Source: the human T2T-CHM13v2.0 reference genome, Homo sapiens
Assembly (NCBI GenBank): GCA_009914755.4
Contig: CP068257.2
Coordinates: 10,912,001 to 10,976,000, forward strand
Length of the DNA stretch: 64,000 nucleotides
Direction of reading: 5' to 3'
In this document: piece after piece, positions 1 through 17,800 of the stretch
Numbering within the stretch: position 1 is the first letter of the stretch
Layout of the letters: each line of letters starts with the position of its first letter
Made by a program: the position numbers and the translations under genes
The notes under the pieces: generated by a model
What the model was told of the DNA's origin: nothing
The model's database searches: none
Seen by the model: only the letters and a program-made list of their open reading frames with translations

Positions 1-3000
1 AAACATTATATACTGTACATAAAATATCCAAATACTCAAAATATATATTACATACTGTACATAAAATATCAAAGTACCCAAATTATGTATTATCTACTGT
101 ACATAAAATATCAAAGTACCCAAAATATGCATTGTATACTGTACATAAAATATGAAAGTAACAAAACATTTATAATAAACTCTACATAAAATATCAAAGT
201 ACTCAAACTATATATCATACACTGTACCTAAAATATCAAATTACCCAAACTGTATATTATTATATACTGTACATAAAATATCAAAGTACCTGAAATATAT
301 ATTGTATACTGTACATAAAATATCAAAGTACCCAAAATATATACTATATACTGTACATAAAATATGAAGTTACATCAAATATATATTATATCCTGTACAT
401 AAAATATCAAAGTACACCTATTATATATTGTGTACTGTACATAATATATTAAATCGCCCAAATATATATTGTATACTGTATATAAAATATGAAGGAACTT
501 CAAATATATATTATATGCTGCACATAAAATATCAAATTACCCAAAGTATGCATTACATACTGTACATAAAATATCAAAGTACACAAATTATATATTATAT
601 ACTGTACATAAAATATGAAGGTTCATAAAATATATTTTATATTCTGTACATAATATATCAAAGTACATCAAATATATATTATATACGGTACATAAAATAT
701 CAAAGTACCCAAAATATGTATTATTTACTGTACATAAAATATGAAAGTAACCAAACATTTATAATAAACTGTACATGAAATATCAAAGTACTCAATCTAC
801 ATATTATATACAGTATATAAAATATCAAAGTACACAAACTGTATATTATATACTGTACATAATATATCAAAGTACCCAGAATATATAGCATACTGTACAT
901 AAAATATCAAAGTACCCAAAATGTATATTGTGTACTGTACATAAAATATAAAGGTACATCAAAGATATATTATATTCTGTACATAAAATATCAAATTACA
1001 CCAAATATATATTATATGCTGTACATAATATATTAAAGTTGCCCATATATACATTATACACTTTACATAAAATATGAACGTACATCAAATATATAGTATA
1101 TGCTGCACATAAAATATCAAAGTACCCAAAGTATGTATTATACACTGTACATAAAATATCAAAGTACCAAAAGTATATATTGCATACTGTAAATAAAATA
1201 TGAAGGTAACTGAAATATATATTATATTCTGTACATAAAATATAAAAGTACACCAAGTATAAACTACATACTCTGCATAAAATATTAAATTACCCAAAAT
1301 ATGTATTGTATTGTGTACATAAAATATGAAAGTAACCAAACATTTATAATAAACTGTACATAAAATATCAAAGTACTCAAACTGTATATTATATACTGTA
1401 CATAAAGTATCAAAATACCCAAACTGTGTAGTATATACTGTACATAAAATATCAAGGTACCCAAAATATATATTGTAAACTGTAGATACAATATCAAAGT
1501 ACCCAAAATATATATTATATACTGTACATAAAATATGAAGGCACATCCAATATATATTATATTCTGTACATAAAATATCAAAGTACACCAAATGTATATT
1601 ATATACTGTACATAAAATATAAAAGTACCCCGAATATATATTATATACTCTACATAAAATATCAAAGTACCCAAAATAGATATTATATACTGTACATAAA
1701 ATATCAAAGTACCCATAGTATGTATTATATCCTGTACATAAAATATGAAGGTACATCAAATATATATTCTATTCTGCACATAAAATATCATATTACACCA
1801 AATATATATTGTATACTGTATATAAAATATGAAGGTACTTCAAATACATATTATATGCTGCACATAAAATATCAAAGTACCGAAAGTGTGCATTATATGC
1901 TGTACATAAAATATCAAAGTACCCAAAGTGTATATTATATACTGTACATAAAATGTGAAGGTTCATCAAATATATTTTATATTCTGCACATAATATATCA
2001 AAGTACATCAAATATATATTATATACTGTACATAAAATATTAAAGTACCAAAAATATGTATTATATACTGTACATAAAATATGAAAGTAACCAAACATTT
2101 ATAATAAACTGTACATAAAGTATCAAAGTACTCAAACTACATATTATATACAGTATATAAAATATCAAAGTACCCAAACTGTATATTATATACTGTACAT
2201 AATATATCAAAGTACCCAAATATATAGCATACTGTACATAAAATATTAAAGTACCCAAAATATATATTGTATACTGTACATAAAATATGAAGGTACATCA
2301 AAGATATATTATATCCTGTACATAAAATATCAAAGTACACCAAATATATATTATATGCTGTACATAATATATTAAAGTCGACCAAATATATATTATATAC
2401 TGTACATAAAATATGAAGGTACATCAAATATATATTATATGCTGCACATAAAATATCAAAGTACCCAAAGTATGTATTATATACTGTACATAAAATATCA
2501 AAGTACCCAAAGTATATATTATATACCGTATATAAAATATAAAATACCCCAAATATATATTATATGCTGTACATAAAATATCAAAGTACACAAAATATTT
2601 ATTATACACTGTACATAAAATATCAACGGACCCAAAATATATATTATATACTGTACATAAAATATCAAAATACCCAAAATATATATTATATACTGTACAT
2701 AAAATACCAAAGTACCCAAAGTATATATTATATACCGTACAAAAAATATCAAAATAGCCAAAATATGTATTATACACTGTACATAATATATGAAAGTACC
2801 CAAACATTTATAATAAACTGTACATAAAATATCAATGTACTCAAACTATATATTATGTGCGGTACATAAGATATCAAAGTACCCATACTATATAGTATAT
2901 ACTGTACTTAAAATATCAAAATACCCAAAATATATATTATATACGTTACATAAACTATCAAATACACAAAGTATGTATTATATACTGTACATAAAATAGC

Positions 3001-6000
3001 AAAGTTCCCAAAATATGTATTATATACTGTACATAAAATATGAAAGTACCCAACCATTTATAATAAACTCTACATAAAATACCAAAGTACCCAAACTGTG
3101 TATTATATACTGTCCATAAAATATCAAAGTACCCAAAATATATATTGTAAACTGCACATAAAATATCAAAGTAGCCAAAATATATATTGTATACTGTACA
3201 TAAAATATAAACATACCCCAAATATGTATTATATACTGTACATAAAATATCAAAGTACCGATAATACATATTATATGCTGTACATAAAATATCAAAGGAC
3301 CCAAAATAAACATTATATACTGTACATAAAATATCCAAATACTCAAAATATATATTACATACTGTACATAAAATATCAAAGTACCCAAATTATGTATTAT
3401 ATACTGTACGTAAAATATCAGAGTACCCAAAATATGCATTATATACTGTACATAAAATATGAAAGTAACAAAACCTTTATAATAAACTGTACATAAAATA
3501 TCAAAGTACTCAAACTATATATCATATACTGTACATAAAATATCAAAGTACCCAAACTGTGTATTATTGTATACTGTATATAAAATATCAAAGTACCTGA
3601 AATATATATTGTATACTGTACATAAAGTATCAAAGTACCCAAAACATATACTCTATACTGTACATAAAATATGAAGGTACATCAAATATATCTTATATCC
3701 TGTACATAAAATATCAAAGTACACCTATTATATATTGTGTACTGTACATAATATATTAAATCACCCAAATATATATTGTATACTGTATATAAAATATGAA
3801 GGTACTTCAAATGTATATTATATGCTGCACATAAAATATCAAAGTACCCAAAGTATGCATTACATAATGTACATAAAATATCAAAGTACACAAATTATAT
3901 ATTATATAATGTACATAAAATATGAAGGTTCATAAAATATATTTTATATTCTGTACATAATATATCAAAGTACATCAATTATGTATTATATACGGTACAT
4001 AAAATATCAAAGTACCCAAAATATGTATTATTTACTGTACATAAAATATGAAAGTAACCAAACATTTATAATAAACTGTACATAAAATATCAAACTACTC
4101 AATCTACATATTATATACAGTATATAAAATATCAAAGTACACAAACTGTATATTATATACTGTACATAATATATCAAAGTACCCAGAATATATAGCATAC
4201 TGTACATTAAATATCAAAGTACCCAAAATATATATTGTATACGGTACATAAAATATAAAGGTACATCAAAGATATATTATATTCTGTACATAAAATATCA
4301 AATTACACCAAATATATATTATATGCTGTACATAATATATTAAAGTTGCCCATATATACATTATACACTGTACATAAAATATGAACGTACATCAAATATA
4401 TAGTATATGCTGCACATATAATATCAAAGTACCCAAAGTATGTATTATACACTGTACATAAAATATCAAACTACCAAAATTATATATTACATACTGTAAA
4501 TAAAATATGAAGGTACCTCAAATATATATTATATTCTGTACATAAAATATCAAAGTACACCAAGTATATACTATATACTCTGCATAAAATATTAAATTAC
4601 CCACAATATGTATTGTATTGTGTACATAAAATATGAAAGTAACCAAACATTTATAATAAACTGTACATAAAATATCAAAGTACTCAAACTGTATATTATA
4701 TACTGTACATAAAGTATCAAAGTACCCAAACTGTGTAGTATATACTGTACATAAAATGTCAAGGTACGCAAAATATATATTGTAAACTGTAGATAAAATA
4801 TCAAAGTACCCAAAATATATATTATATACTGTACATAAAATATGAAGGCACATCCAATATATATTATATTCTGTACATAAAATATCAAAGTACACCAAAT
4901 GTATATTATACACTGTACATAAAATATCAAAGTACCCAACGTGTATATTATATACTGTACACAAAATATGAAGGTTCATCAAATATATTTTATATTCTGC
5001 ACATAATATATCAAAGTACATCAAATATATATTATATACTGTACATAAAATATCAAAGTACCAAAAATATGTATTATATACTGTACATAAAATATGAAAG
5101 TAACCAAACATATATAATAAACTGTACATAAAATATCAAAGTACTCGAACTACATATTATATACAGTATATAAAATGTCAAAGTACCCAAACTCTATATT
5201 ATATACTGTACATAATATATCAAAGTACCCGAATATATAGCATACTGTACATAAAATATCAAAGTACCCAAAGTGTGTATTATACACTGCATATAAAATA
5301 TGAAGGTACATAAAATATATATTGTATTCTGTACATAAAATATCAAAGTACTCCAAATATATATTACATGCTGTACAAAATATATTAAAGTTGCCCAAAT
5401 ATATATTATATACTGTACATAAAATATGAAGGTACATCAAATATATAGTATATGCTGCACATAAAATATCAAAGTACCCAAAGTATGTATTATATACTGT
5501 ACATAAAATATCAAAGTACCCAAAGTATATATTATATACTGTACATAAAATATAAAATACCCCAAATATACATTATATGCTGTACATAAAATATCAAAGT
5601 ACACAAAATATGTATTATGTACTGTGCATAAAATATCAAAGGACCCAAAATATATATTATATACTGTAGATAAAATATCAAAATACCCAAAATATATATT
5701 ATATACCCTACATAAAATACCAAAATACCCAAAGTATATATTATATACCGTACAAAAAATATCAAAGTAGCCAAAATATGTATTATACACTGTACATAAT
5801 ATATGAAAGTACCCAAACATTTATAATAAACTGTACATAAAATATCAATGTACTCAAACTATATATTATGTGCGGTACATAAGATATCAAAGTACCCATA
5901 CTATATAGTATGTACTGTACTTAAAATATCAAAATACCCAAAATATATATTATATACGTTACATAAACTATCAAATACACAAAGTATGTATTATATACTG

Positions 6001-9000
6001 TACATAAAATAGCAAAGTTCCCAAAATATGTATTATATACTGTACATAAAATATGAAAGTACCCAACCATTTATAATAAACTCTACATAAAATACCAAAG
6101 TACCCAAACTGTGTATTATATACTGTCCATAAAATATCAAAGTACACAAAATATATATTGTCAACTGTACATAAAATATCAAAGTAGCCAAAATATATAT
6201 AGTATACCGTACATAAAATATAAAATTACCCCAAATATATATTATATACTGTACATAAAATATCAAAGTACCGATAATACATATTATATACTGTACATAA
6301 AATATCAAAGGACCCAAAATAAACATTATATACTGTACATAAAATATTCAAATACTCAAAATATATATTACATACTGTACATAAAATATCAAAGTACCCA
6401 AATTATGTATTATATACTGTACGTAAAATATCAGAGTACCCAAAATATGCATTATATACTGCACATAAAATATGAAAGTAACAAAACATTTATAATAAAC
6501 TGTACATAAAATATCAAAGTACTCAAACTATATATCATATACTGTACATAAAATGTCAAAGTACCCAAACTGTGTATTATTATATACTGTATATAAAATA
6601 TCAAAATACCTGAAATATATATTGCACACTGTACATAAAATATCAAAGTACCCAAAATATATACTATATACTGTACATAAAATATGAAGGTACATCAAAT
6701 ATATATTACATCCTGTACATAAAATAACAAAGTACACCTATTATATATTGTGTACTGTACATAATATATTAAATCGCCCAAATATATATTTTATACTGTA
6801 TATAAAATATGAAGGTACTTCAAATATATATTATATGCTGCACATAAAATATCAAAGTACCCAAAGTATGCATTACATACTGTACATAAAATATCAAAGT
6901 ACACAAATTATATATTATATACTGTACATAAAATATGTAGGTTCATCAAATATATTTTATATTCTGTACATAATATATCAAAGTACATCAAATATATATT
7001 ATATACGGTACATAAAATATCAAAGTACCCAAAATATGTATTATTTACTGTTCATAAAATATGAAAGTAACCAAACATTTATAATAAACTGTACATAAAA
7101 TATCAAAGTACTCAATCTACATATTATATACAGTATATAAAATATCAAAGTACACAAACTGTATATTATATACTGTACATAATATATCAAAGTACCCAGA
7201 ATATATAGCATACTGTACATAAAATATCAAAGTACCCAAAATATATATTGTATACTGTACATAAAATATGAAGGTACATCAAAGATATATTATATTCTGT
7301 ACATAAAATATCAAAGTACACCAAATATATATTATATGCTGTACATAATATATTAAAGTTGCCCATGTATACATTTTGTACTGTACATAAAATATGAAGG
7401 TACATCAAATATATAGTATATGCTGCACATAAAATATCAAAGTACCCAAAGTATGTAATATATACTGTACATAATATATCAAAGTACCAAAAGTATATAT
7501 TACATACTGTAAATAAAATATGAAGGTACCTCAAATATACATTATATTCTGTACATAAAATATCAAAGTACACCAAATATATACTATATACTGTACATAA
7601 AATATTAAATTACCCACAATATGTATTTTATTCTGTACATAAAATATGAAAGTAACCAATCATTTATAATAAACTGTACATAAAATATCAAAGTACTCAA
7701 ACTGTATATTATATACTGTAAATAAAGTATCAAAGTACCCAAACTGTGTAGTATATACTGTACATAATATATCAAGGTACCCAAAATATATATTGTAAAC
7801 TGTAGATAAAATATCAAAGTACCCAAAATATATATTATATACTGTACATAAAATATGAAGGCACATCCAGTATATATTATATTCTGTGCATAAAATATCA
7901 AAGTACACCAAATGTATATTATATACTGTACATAAAATATAAAAGTACCCCAAGTATATATTATATACTCTACATAAAATATGAAAGTACCCAAAATATA
8001 TATTATATACTGTACATAAAATATCAAAATACCCATAGTATGTATTATATCCTGTACATAAAATATGAAGGTACATCTAATATATATTATATTCTGCACA
8101 TAAAATATCATATTACACCAAATATATATTATATACTGTACATAAAAGATGAAAGTACATCAAATATATATTATATGCTGCACATAAAATATAAAAGTCC
8201 CCAAAGTTTGTATTATATTCTGTACATAAAATATCAAAGTATCCAAAGTGTATATTATATACTGTACATAAAATATGAAGGTACATCCGATACATATTAT
8301 ATTCTGTACGTAAAATATCAAAGTACACCAAGTATATATTATATACTGTACATAAAATATTAAATTACCCAAAATATGTATTGTATACTGTACATAAAAT
8401 ATGAAAGTATCCAAACATTTATAATAAACTGTACATAAAATATCAAAGTACTCAAACTGTGTATTATATACTGTACATAAAGCATCCAAGTACCCAAACT
8501 GTGTAGCATATACTGTACATAAAATATCAAGGTACCCAAAATATATAGTGTAAACTGTAGATAAAATATCAAAGTACCCAAAGTATACATTATATACTCT
8601 ACATAAAATATCAAAATACGCAAAATATATATTGTATACTGTACATAAAATATCAAAGTATCCAAACTATATATTATGTACTGTACATAAAATATCAAAG
8701 TACCCAAAGTGTGTATTATACACTGCATATAAAATATGAAGGTACATAAAATATATATTGTATTCTGTACATAAAATATCAAATTACACCAAATATATAT
8801 TATATAGTGTACATAATATATTAAAGTCTACCAAATATATATTATATACTGTACATAAAATATGAAGGTACATCAAATATATATTATACGCTGCACATAA
8901 AATATCAAAGTACCCAAAGTATGTATTATATACTGTACATAAAATATCAAAGTACCCAAAGTATATATTATATACTGTACATAAAATATAAAATACCCCA

Positions 9001-12000
9001 AATATATATTATATGCTGTACATGAAATATCAAAGTACACAAAATATGTATTATGTACTGTACATACAGTATCAAAGGACCCAAAATATATATTATATAC
9101 TGTACATAAAATATCAAAATATCCAAAATATATATTATATACTGTACATAAAATACCAAAGTACCCAAAGTATATATTATATACCGTACAAAAAATATCA
9201 AAGTAGCCAAAATATGTATTATACACTGTACATAATATATGAAAGTACCCAAACATTTATAATAAACTGTACATAAAATATCAATGTACTCAAACTATAT
9301 ATTATGTGCGGTACATAACATATCAAATTACCCATACTATATAGTATATACTGTACTTAAAATATCAAAATATCCAAAATATATATTATATACGTTACAT
9401 AAACTATCAAATACACAAAGTATGTATTATATACTGTACATAAAATAGCAAAGTTCCCAAAATATGTATTATATACTGTACATAAAATATGAAAGTACCC
9501 AACCATTTATAATAAACTCTACATAAAATACCAAAGTACCCAAACTGTGTATTATATACTGTCCATAAAATATCAAAGTACCCAAAATATATATTGTAAA
9601 CTGTACATAAAATATCAAAGTAGCCAAAATATATATTGTATACTGTACATAAAATATAAAATACCCCAAATATATATTATATACTGTACATAAAATATCA
9701 AAGTACCCATAATACATATTATATACTGTACATAAAATATCAAAGGACCCAAAATAAATATTATATACTGTACATAAAATATCCAAATACTCAAAATATA
9801 TATTACATACTGTACATAAAATATCAAAGTACCCAAATTATGTATTATATACTGTACGTAAATTATCAGAGTACCCAAAATATGCATTATATACTGTACA
9901 TAAAATATGAAATTAACAAAACATTTATAATAAACTGTACATAAAATATCAAAGTACTCAAACTATATATCATATACTGTACATAAAATATCAAAGTACC
10001 CAAACTGTGTATTATTATATACTGTATATAAAATATCACAGTACCTGAAATATATATTGTATACTGTACATAAAATATCAAAGTACCCAAAATATATACT
10101 ATATACTGTACATAAAATATGAAGGTACATCAAATATATATTATATCCTGTACATAAAATATCAAACAACACCTATTGGATATTGTGTACTGTACATAAT
10201 ATATTAAATCCCCCAAATATATATTGTATACTGTATATAAAATATGAAGGTACTTCAAATTCATATTACATGCTGCACATAAAATATCAAACTACCCAAG
10301 GTATGCATTATATACTGTACATAAAATATCAAAGTACACAAATTATATACTATATACTGTACATAAAATATGAAGGTTCATCAAATATATTTTATATTCT
10401 GTACATAATATATCAAAGTACATCAAATATATATTATATACGGTACATAAAATATCAAAGTACCAAAAATATGTATTATATACTGTACATAAAATATGAA
10501 AGTAACCAAACATTTATAATAAATTGTACATAAAATATCAAAGTACTCAAACTACATATTATATACAGTATATAAAATATCAAAGTACCCAAAGTGTATA
10601 TTATATACTGTACATAATATATCAAAGTACCCGAATATATAGCATACTGTACATAAAATATCAAAGTACCCAAAATATATATTGTATACTGTACATAAAA
10701 TATGAAGGTACATCGAAGATATATTATATTGTGTACATAAAATATCAAAGTACACCAAATATATATTATATGCTGTACATAATATATTAAAGTTGCCCAA
10801 ATATATATTATATACTGTACATAAAATATGAAGGCACATCAAATATATAGTATATGCTGCACATAAAATATCAAAGTACCCAAAGTATGTAATATATACT
10901 GTACATAACATATCAAAGTACCAAAAGTATATATTACCTACTGTAAATAAAATATGAAGGTACCTCAAATATACATTATATTCTGTACATAAAATATCAA
11001 AGTACACCAAATATATACTATATACTGTACATACAATATTAAATTACCCACAATATGTATTGTATTGTGTACATAAAATATGAAAGTAACCAAACATTTA
11101 TAATAAACTGTACATAAAATATCAAAGTACTCAAACTGTATATTATATACTGTACATAAAGTATCAAAGTACCCAAACTGTGTAGTATACACTGTACATA
11201 AAATATCAAGGTACCCAAAATATATATTGTAAACTGTAGATACGATATCAAATTACCCAAAATATATATTATATACTGTACATAAAATATGAAGGCACAT
11301 CCAGTATATATTATATTCTGTACATAAAATATCAAAGTACACCAAATGTATATTATATACTGTACATAAAATATAAAACTACCCCAAGTATATATTATAT
11401 ACTCTACATAAAATATGAAAGTACCCAAAATATATATTATATACTGTACATAAAATATCAAAGTACCCATAGTATGTATTATATCCTGTACATAAAATAT
11501 GAAGGTACATCAAATATATATTATATTCTGCACATAAAATATCATATTACACCAAATATATATTATATACTGTACATAAAATATGAAGGTACATCAAATG
11601 TATATTATATGCTGCACATAAAATATCAAAGTCCCCAAAGTTTGTATTATATACTGTACATAAAATATCAAAGTATCCAAAGTGTATATTATATACTGTA
11701 CATAAAATATGAAGGTACATCCGATACATATTATATTCTGTACATAAAATATCAAAGTACACCAAGTATATATTATATACTGTACATAAAATATTAAATT
11801 ACCCGAAATATGTATTGTATACTGTACATAAAATATGAAAGTAACCAAACATTTATAATAAACTGTACATAAAATATCAAAGTACTCAAACTACATATTA
11901 TATACAGTATATAAAATATCAAAGTACCCAAACTGTATATTATATACTGTACATACTATATCAAAGTACCCGAATATATAGCATACTGTACATGAAATAT

Positions 12001-13700
12001 CAAAGTACCCAAAATATATATTGTACACTGCACATAAAATATGAAGCTACATCAAAGATATATTATATTCTGTACATAAAATATCAAAGTACACCAAGTA
12101 TATATTATATGCTGTACATAATATATTAAAGTCGACCAAATATATATTACATACTGTACAAAAAATATGAAGGTACATCAAATATATATTATATGCTGCA
12201 CATAAAATATCAAAGTACCCAAAGTATGTATTATATACTGTACATAAAATATCAAAATACCCAAAGTATATATTATATACTATACATACAATATAAAATA
12301 CCCCAAATATATATTATATGCTGTACATAAAATATCAAAGTACACAAAATATGTATTATGTACTGTACATAAAATATCAAAGGACCGAAAATATATATTA
12401 TATACTGTACATAAAATATCAAAATACCCAAAATATATACTATATACTGTACATAAAATACCAAAGTACCCAAAGTATATATTATATACCGTACAAAAAA
12501 TATCAAAGTAGCCAAAGTATGTATTATACACTGTACATAATATATGAAAGTACCCAAACATTTATAATAAACTGTACATAAAATATCAATGTACTCAAAC
12601 TATATATTATGTTCGGTACATAACATATCAAAGTACCCATACTATATAGTATATACTGTACTTAAAATATCAAAATACCCAAAATATATATTATATACGT
12701 TACATAAATTATCCAATACCCAAAGTATGTATTATATACTGTACTTAAAATAGCAAAGTTCCCAAAATATGTATTATATACTGTACATAACAAATGAAAG
12801 TACCCAACCATTTATAGTAAACTCTACATAAAATACCAAAGTACCCAAACTGTGTATTATATACTGTCCATAAATTATCAAAGTACCCAAAATATATATT
12901 GTAAACTGTACATAAAATATCAAAGTAGCCAAAATGTATATTGTATACTGTACATAAAATATAAACGTACCCCAAATATATATTATATACTGTACACAAA
13001 ATATCAAAGTACCCATAATACATATTATATACTGTACATAAAATATCAAAGGACCCAAAATAAACATTATATACTGTACATAAAATATCCAAATACTCAA
13101 AATATATATTACATACTGTACATAAAATATCAAAGTACCCAAATTATGTATTATATACTGTACGTAAAATATCAGAGTACCCAAAATATGCATTATATAC
13201 TGTACATAAAATATGAAAGTAACACAACATTTATAATAAACTGTACATAAAATATCAAAGTACTAAAACTATATATCATATACTGTACATAAAATATCAA
13301 AGTACCCAAACTGTGTATTATTATATACTGTCCATAAAATATCAAGGTACCTAAAATATATATTGCATACTGTACATAAAATATCAAAGTACCCAAAATA
13401 TATACTATATACTGTACATAAAATATGAAGGTACATCAAATATATATTATATCCTGTACATAAAATATCAAAGTACACCTATTATATATTGTGTACTGTA
13501 CATAATATATTAAATCACCCAAATATATATTGTATACTGTATATAAAATATGAAGGTACTTCAAATATACATTATATGCTGCACATAAAATATCAAAGTA
13601 CCCAAAGTATGCATTACATACTGTACATAAAATATCAAAGTACACAAATTATATATTATATAATGTACATAAAATATGAAGGTTCATAAAATATATTTTA
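1..13700. repeat. HSat1A large block, copy 1 of a duplication of at least 13.7 kb (partner at 31813-45512, offset 31,812 bp), truncated by the window start
   Basis: Bases 1-240 compared by eye with 31813-32052 are identical, including rare variants such as 'tctacataaa' and 'acactgtaccta'. At least 17 spurious ORF markers recur at an offset of exactly 31,812 bp (428 to 32240, 1085 to 32897, 2564 to 34376, 6748 to 38560, 10183 to 41995, 13489 to 45301). Their translations differ at only 1-2 residues per 100-220 aa, so nucleotide identity is about 99.8-99.9%. Confidence 0.9.
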
Positions 13701-16700
13701 TATTCTGTACATAATATATCAAAGTACATCAAATATATATTATATACGGTACATAAAATATCAAAGTACCAAAAATATGTATTATTTACTGTGCATAAAA
13801 TATGAAAGTAACCAAACATTTATAATAAACTGTACATAAAATATCAAAGTACTCAATCTACATATTATATACAGTATATAAAATGTCAAAGTACACAAAC
13901 TGTATATTATATACTGTACATAATATATCAAAGTACCCAGAATATATAGCATACTGTACATAAAATATCAAATTAGCCAAAATATATATTGTATACTGTA
14001 CATAAAATATGAAGGTACATCAAAGATATATTATATTCTGTACATAAAATATCAAAGTACACCAAATATATATTATATGCTGTACATAATATATTAAAGT
14101 TGCCCATGTATACATTTTATACTGTACATAAAATATGAACGTACATCAAATATATAGATATGCTGCACATAAAATATCAAAGTACCCAAAGTATGTAATA
14201 TACACTGTACATAATATATCAAAGTACCAAAAGTATATATTACATACTGTAAATAAAATATGAAGGTACCTCAAATATACATTATATTCTGTACATAAAA
14301 TATCAAAGTACACCAAATATATACTATATGCTGTACATAAAATATTAAATTACCCACAATATGTACTGTATTGTGTACATAAAATATGAAAGTAACCAAT
14401 CATTTATAATAAACTGTACATAAAATATCAAAGTACTCAAACTGTATATTATATACTGTACATAAAGTATCAAAGTACCCAAACTGTGTAGCATATACTG
14501 TACATAAAATATCAAGGTACCCAACATATATATTGTATACTGTAGATAAAATATCAAAGTACCCAAAATATATATTATATACTGTACATAAAATATGAAG
14601 GCACATCCAATATATATTATATTCTGTACATAAAATATCAAAGTACACCAAATGTATATTATACACTGTACATAAATTATAAAAGTACCCCAAATATATA
14701 TTATATACTCTACATAAAATATCAAAGTACCCAAAATATATATTATATACTGTACATAAAATATCAAAGTACCCATAGTATGTATTATATCCTGTACATA
14801 AAATATGAAGGTACATCAAATATATATTCTATTCTGCACATAAAATATCATATTACACCAAATATATATTGTATGCTGTATATAAAATATGAAGGTACTT
14901 CAAATATATATTATATGCTGCACATAAAATATCAAAGTACCCAAAGTATGCATTATATACTGTACATAAAATATCAAAGTACCCAAAGTGTATATTATAT
15001 ACTGTACATAAAATATGAAGGTTCATCAAATATATTTTATATTCTGCACATAATATATCAAAGTACATCAAATATATATTATATGCTGTACATAAAATAT
15101 CAAAGTATCAAAAATATGTATTATATACTGTACATAAAATATGAAAGTAACCAAATATTTATAATAAACTCTACATAAAATATCAAAGTACTCAAACTAC
15201 ATATTATATACAGTATATAAAATATCAAAGTACCCAAACTGTATATTATATACTGTACATACTATATCAAAGTACCCGAATATATAGCATACTGTACATA
15301 AAATATCAAAGTACCCATAATATATATTGTATACTGTACATGAAATATGATGGTACATCAAAGATATATTATATTCTGTACATAAAATATCAAAGTACAC
15401 CAAATATATATGATATGCTGTACATAATATATTAAAGTCGACCAAATATATATTACATACTGTACATAAAATATGAAGGTACATCAAATATATATTATAT
15501 GCTGCACATAAAATATCAAAGTACCCAAAGTATATATTATATACTGTACATAAAATATCAAAGTACCCAAAGTATATATTATATACTGTACATAAAATAT
15601 AAAATACCCCAAATATATATTTTATGCTGTACATAAAATATCAAAGTACACAAAATATGTATTATATACTGTGCATAAAATATCAAAGGACCCAAAATAT
15701 ATATTATATACTGTACATAAAATATCAAAATACCCAAAATATATATTATATACTATACATAAAATACCAAAGTACCCAAAGTACATATTATATACCGTAC
15801 AAAAAATATCAAAGTAGCCAAAATATGTATTATACACTGTACATAATATATGAAAGTACACAAACATTTATAATAAACTGTACATAAAATATCAATGTAC
15901 TCAAACTATATATTATGTGCGGTACATAAGATATCAAAGTACCCATACTATATAGTATGTACTGTACTTAAAATATCAAAATACCCAAAATATATATTAT
16001 ATACGTTACATAAACTATCAAATACACAAAGTATGTATTGTATACTGTACATAAAATAGCAAAGTTCCCAAACTATGTATTATATACTGTACATAAAATA
16101 TGAAAGTACCCAACCATTTATAATAAACTCTACATAAAATACCAAAGTAACCAAACTGTGTATTATATACTGTCCATAAAATATCAAAGTACCCAAAATA
16201 TATATTGTAAACTGTACATAAAATATCAAAGTAGCCAAAATATATATTGTATACTGTACATAAAATATAAAATACCCCAAATATATATTATATACTGTAC
16301 ATAAAATATCAAAGTACCCATAATACATATTATATACTGTACATAAAATATCAAAGTACCCAAACTGTATATTATATACTGTACATACTATATCAAAGTA
16401 CCCGAATATATAGCATACTGTACATAAAATATCAAAGTACCCATAATATATATTGTATACTGTACATGAAATATGATGGTACATCAAAGATATATTATAT
16501 TCTGTACATAAAATATCAAAGTACACCAAATATATATGATATGCTGTACATAATATATTAAAGTTGACCAAATATATATTACATACTGTACATAAAATAT
16601 GAAGGTACATCAAATATATATTATATTCTGCACATAAAATATCATATTACACCAAATATATATTATATACTGTACATAAAAGATGAAAGTACATCAAATA

Positions 16701-17800
16701 TATATTATATGCTGCACATAAAATATAAAAGTCCCCAAAGTTTGTATTATATTCTGCACATAAAATATCAAAGTATCCAAAGTGTATATTATATACTGTA
16801 CATAAAATATGAAGGTACATCCGATACCTATTATATTCTGTACATAAAATATCAAAGTACACCAAGTATACAATATATACTGTACATAAAATATTAAATT
16901 ACCCGAAATATGTATTGTATACTGTACATAAAATATGAAAGTAACCAAACATTTATAATAAACTGTACATAAAATATCAAAGTACTCAAACTGTGTATTA
17001 TATACTGTACATAAAGCATCAAAGTACCCAAACTCTGTAGCATATACTGTACATAAAATATCAAGGTACCCAAAATATATATTGTAAACTGTAGATAAAA
17101 TATCAAAGTACCCAAAGTATACATTATATACTCTACATAAAATATCAAAATACGCAAAATATATAATGTATACTGTACATAAAATATCAAAGTATCCAAA
17201 CTATATATTATGTACTGTACATAAAATATCAAAGTACCCAAAGTGTGTATTATACACTGCATATAAAATATGAAGGTACATAAAATATATATTGTATTCT
17301 GTACATAAAATATCAAATTACACCAAATATATATTATATAGTGTACATAATATATTAAAGTCTACCAAATATATATTATATACTGTACATAAAATATGAA
17401 GGTACATCAAATATATATTATACGCTGCACATAAAATATCAAAGTACCCAAAGTATGTATTATATACTGTACATAAAATATCAAAGTACCCAAAGTATAT
17501 ATTATATACTGTACATAAAATATAAAATACCCCAAAAATATATTATATGCTGTACATAAAATATGAAAGTACACAAAATATGTATTATGTACTGTACATA
17601 CAATATCAAAGGACGCAAAATATATATTATATACTGTACATAAAATATCAAAATACCCAAAATATATATTATATACTGTACATAAAATACCAAAGTACCC
17701 AAAGTATATATTATATACCGTACAAAAAATATCAAAGTAGCCAAAATATGTATTATACACTGTACATAATATATGAAAGTACCCAAACATTTATAATAAA
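13700..17800. repeat. HSat1A mosaic segment made of re-ordered sub-HOR pieces (unequal-crossover junction region)
   Basis: ORF markers here match different parts of the array at different offsets. 14345-15887 resembles 1285-2827 (offset 13,060, with about 5% aa differences). 16647-17900 resembles 8113-9366 (offset 8,534). Marker spacing across this interval is 5,230 bp instead of the usual 3.0-3.4 kb. Confidence 0.6.
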
